Shown: piece by piece, positions 63,015 through 64,000 of the stretch | Layout: every line of letters begins with the position of its first letter | Numbering within the stretch: the first letter of the stretch is position 1 | NCBI RefSeq assembly: GCF_021869535.1 | Contig: NW_026262701.1 | Location: 70,556,001 to 70,620,000 of the forward strand | DNA length: 64,000 nt | Reading direction: 5' to 3' | From: Mytilus californianus | Lineage: Eukaryota | Notes under the pieces: model-generated | Seen by the model: only the letters and a program-made list of their open reading frames with translations | What the model was told of the DNA's origin: nothing | Database searches by the model: none | Program-made: the position numbers and the translations under genes

Positions 63015-64000
63015 CGATACCCTTTAAATTTGTTGTCTATATAGACATTAACAATAGAAATATGTAGCATTCAATGGAACATGCATTTACTTCCTATTGA
63101 TGTAATCTTTAATATACATGTAAACCATCTCTCCTTTCATTCTTGTATATTGTATTGTACTGCATTGATAACAACTTTGTGAATGGCAACAATTGAATCT
63201 ATCTTTTAATAAAGACAGGGCAAAAAGAATCGAAAGTCCTGTAAAACCAATCATTCAACTGCAGGTTAGCGGAAATAAAAAAAAAAAAAAGAAAAAAAAA
63301 ACAAATTGGTGTAAACAATCTGTATACTTTCCGCATAAGTCCTTATAAGTAGAATAAACCAGGGGACAATAATCGAACCACGAGTCAAAGATTGAACTTA
63401 AAACATACTGAAAGAAAATAAAACTGCTCGATAATGTTTTGAATAAAAACATAGTTTCTTCATTTCCATTGAATTTCAGCAGAAAAAATGTCTTTACAAG
63501 AAATGCTTAATGACTATTTATATGTTTTCTTTTTATTTCTTTCTAATGTTTTGGTTTCTCCTAATTATATTTTAAAAACCTTATATATACCTCCATATGC
63601 TATGGTGGTATATACAGTCAAAAATAAATTGATAGTTTAGGTTCTTGGCTGCATAAAAACGACAAAAATATATACATGTTTAATATAGCTAATATAGCTA
63701 CGGCAGTCTATTCCTGTCGTAGAAAATTCAACAACTGTTGTCTAAATTTAAGATAATTCTTTTAATTTACATCAATAATTTTTTTATTATGTATTGTTCT
63801 AACAGGAAAATCACCTAAAATGGCAGTCTGTTCTGTGTGTAATATAAGGAAACTTCAGTACCAGAGAAAAGAAATCCTGTAGTTTCAATATTCAATAACA
63901 GTGTCTATATGCGTATAAATATGTCCTACTATGTTTACAATCGCTCATCAATATAACGTTCCTCCTATTGATTTTTCGGAGAGCTTAACCAAGGACCTGA

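Noticed and set aside
58290-64000. IRF DNA-binding-domain exons
   Set aside because: No tryptophan-repeat IRF motif was found in the minus-strand frames I examined; presumed to lie outside the window.

Overview
AT-rich, intron-containing animal genomic DNA, most likely from a bivalve (Mytilus-like; inferred from the C1qDC gene expansion and the repeat landscape). No prokaryotic features are present. The left half holds a tandem cluster of secreted coiled-coil + C1q-domain (C1qDC) genes on the + strand: two intact two-exon copies (A 3980-5751, B 6404-8135), a more divergent 5'-partial gene D (19359-28468) and three pseudogene or orphan-exon relics. The 8.4-kb intron of gene D contains a ~5-kb pogo-like DD35D transposon with a C-terminal PHD finger. 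The centre holds a Mutator-like (MULE) element with 257-bp TIRs, an uninterrupted DDE+SWIM transposase exon and an internal palindromic 36-bp minisatellite. The right part holds five minus-strand exons of an interferon regulatory factor (IRF) gene, only fragments of which appear in the ORF track. They encode the IAD domain and an IRF3-like Ser-rich tail; the DNA-binding-domain exons were not found and probably lie beyond the window. The rest is dispersed repeats: hammerhead-ribozyme (retrozyme-like) elements of at least two families, including one intact minimal type-I hammerhead at 2117-2160, plus Penelope-like, LINE and DIRS relics, MITEs, Helentron-like elements, satellites and foldbacks. 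Everything was read by eye and no database search was run.
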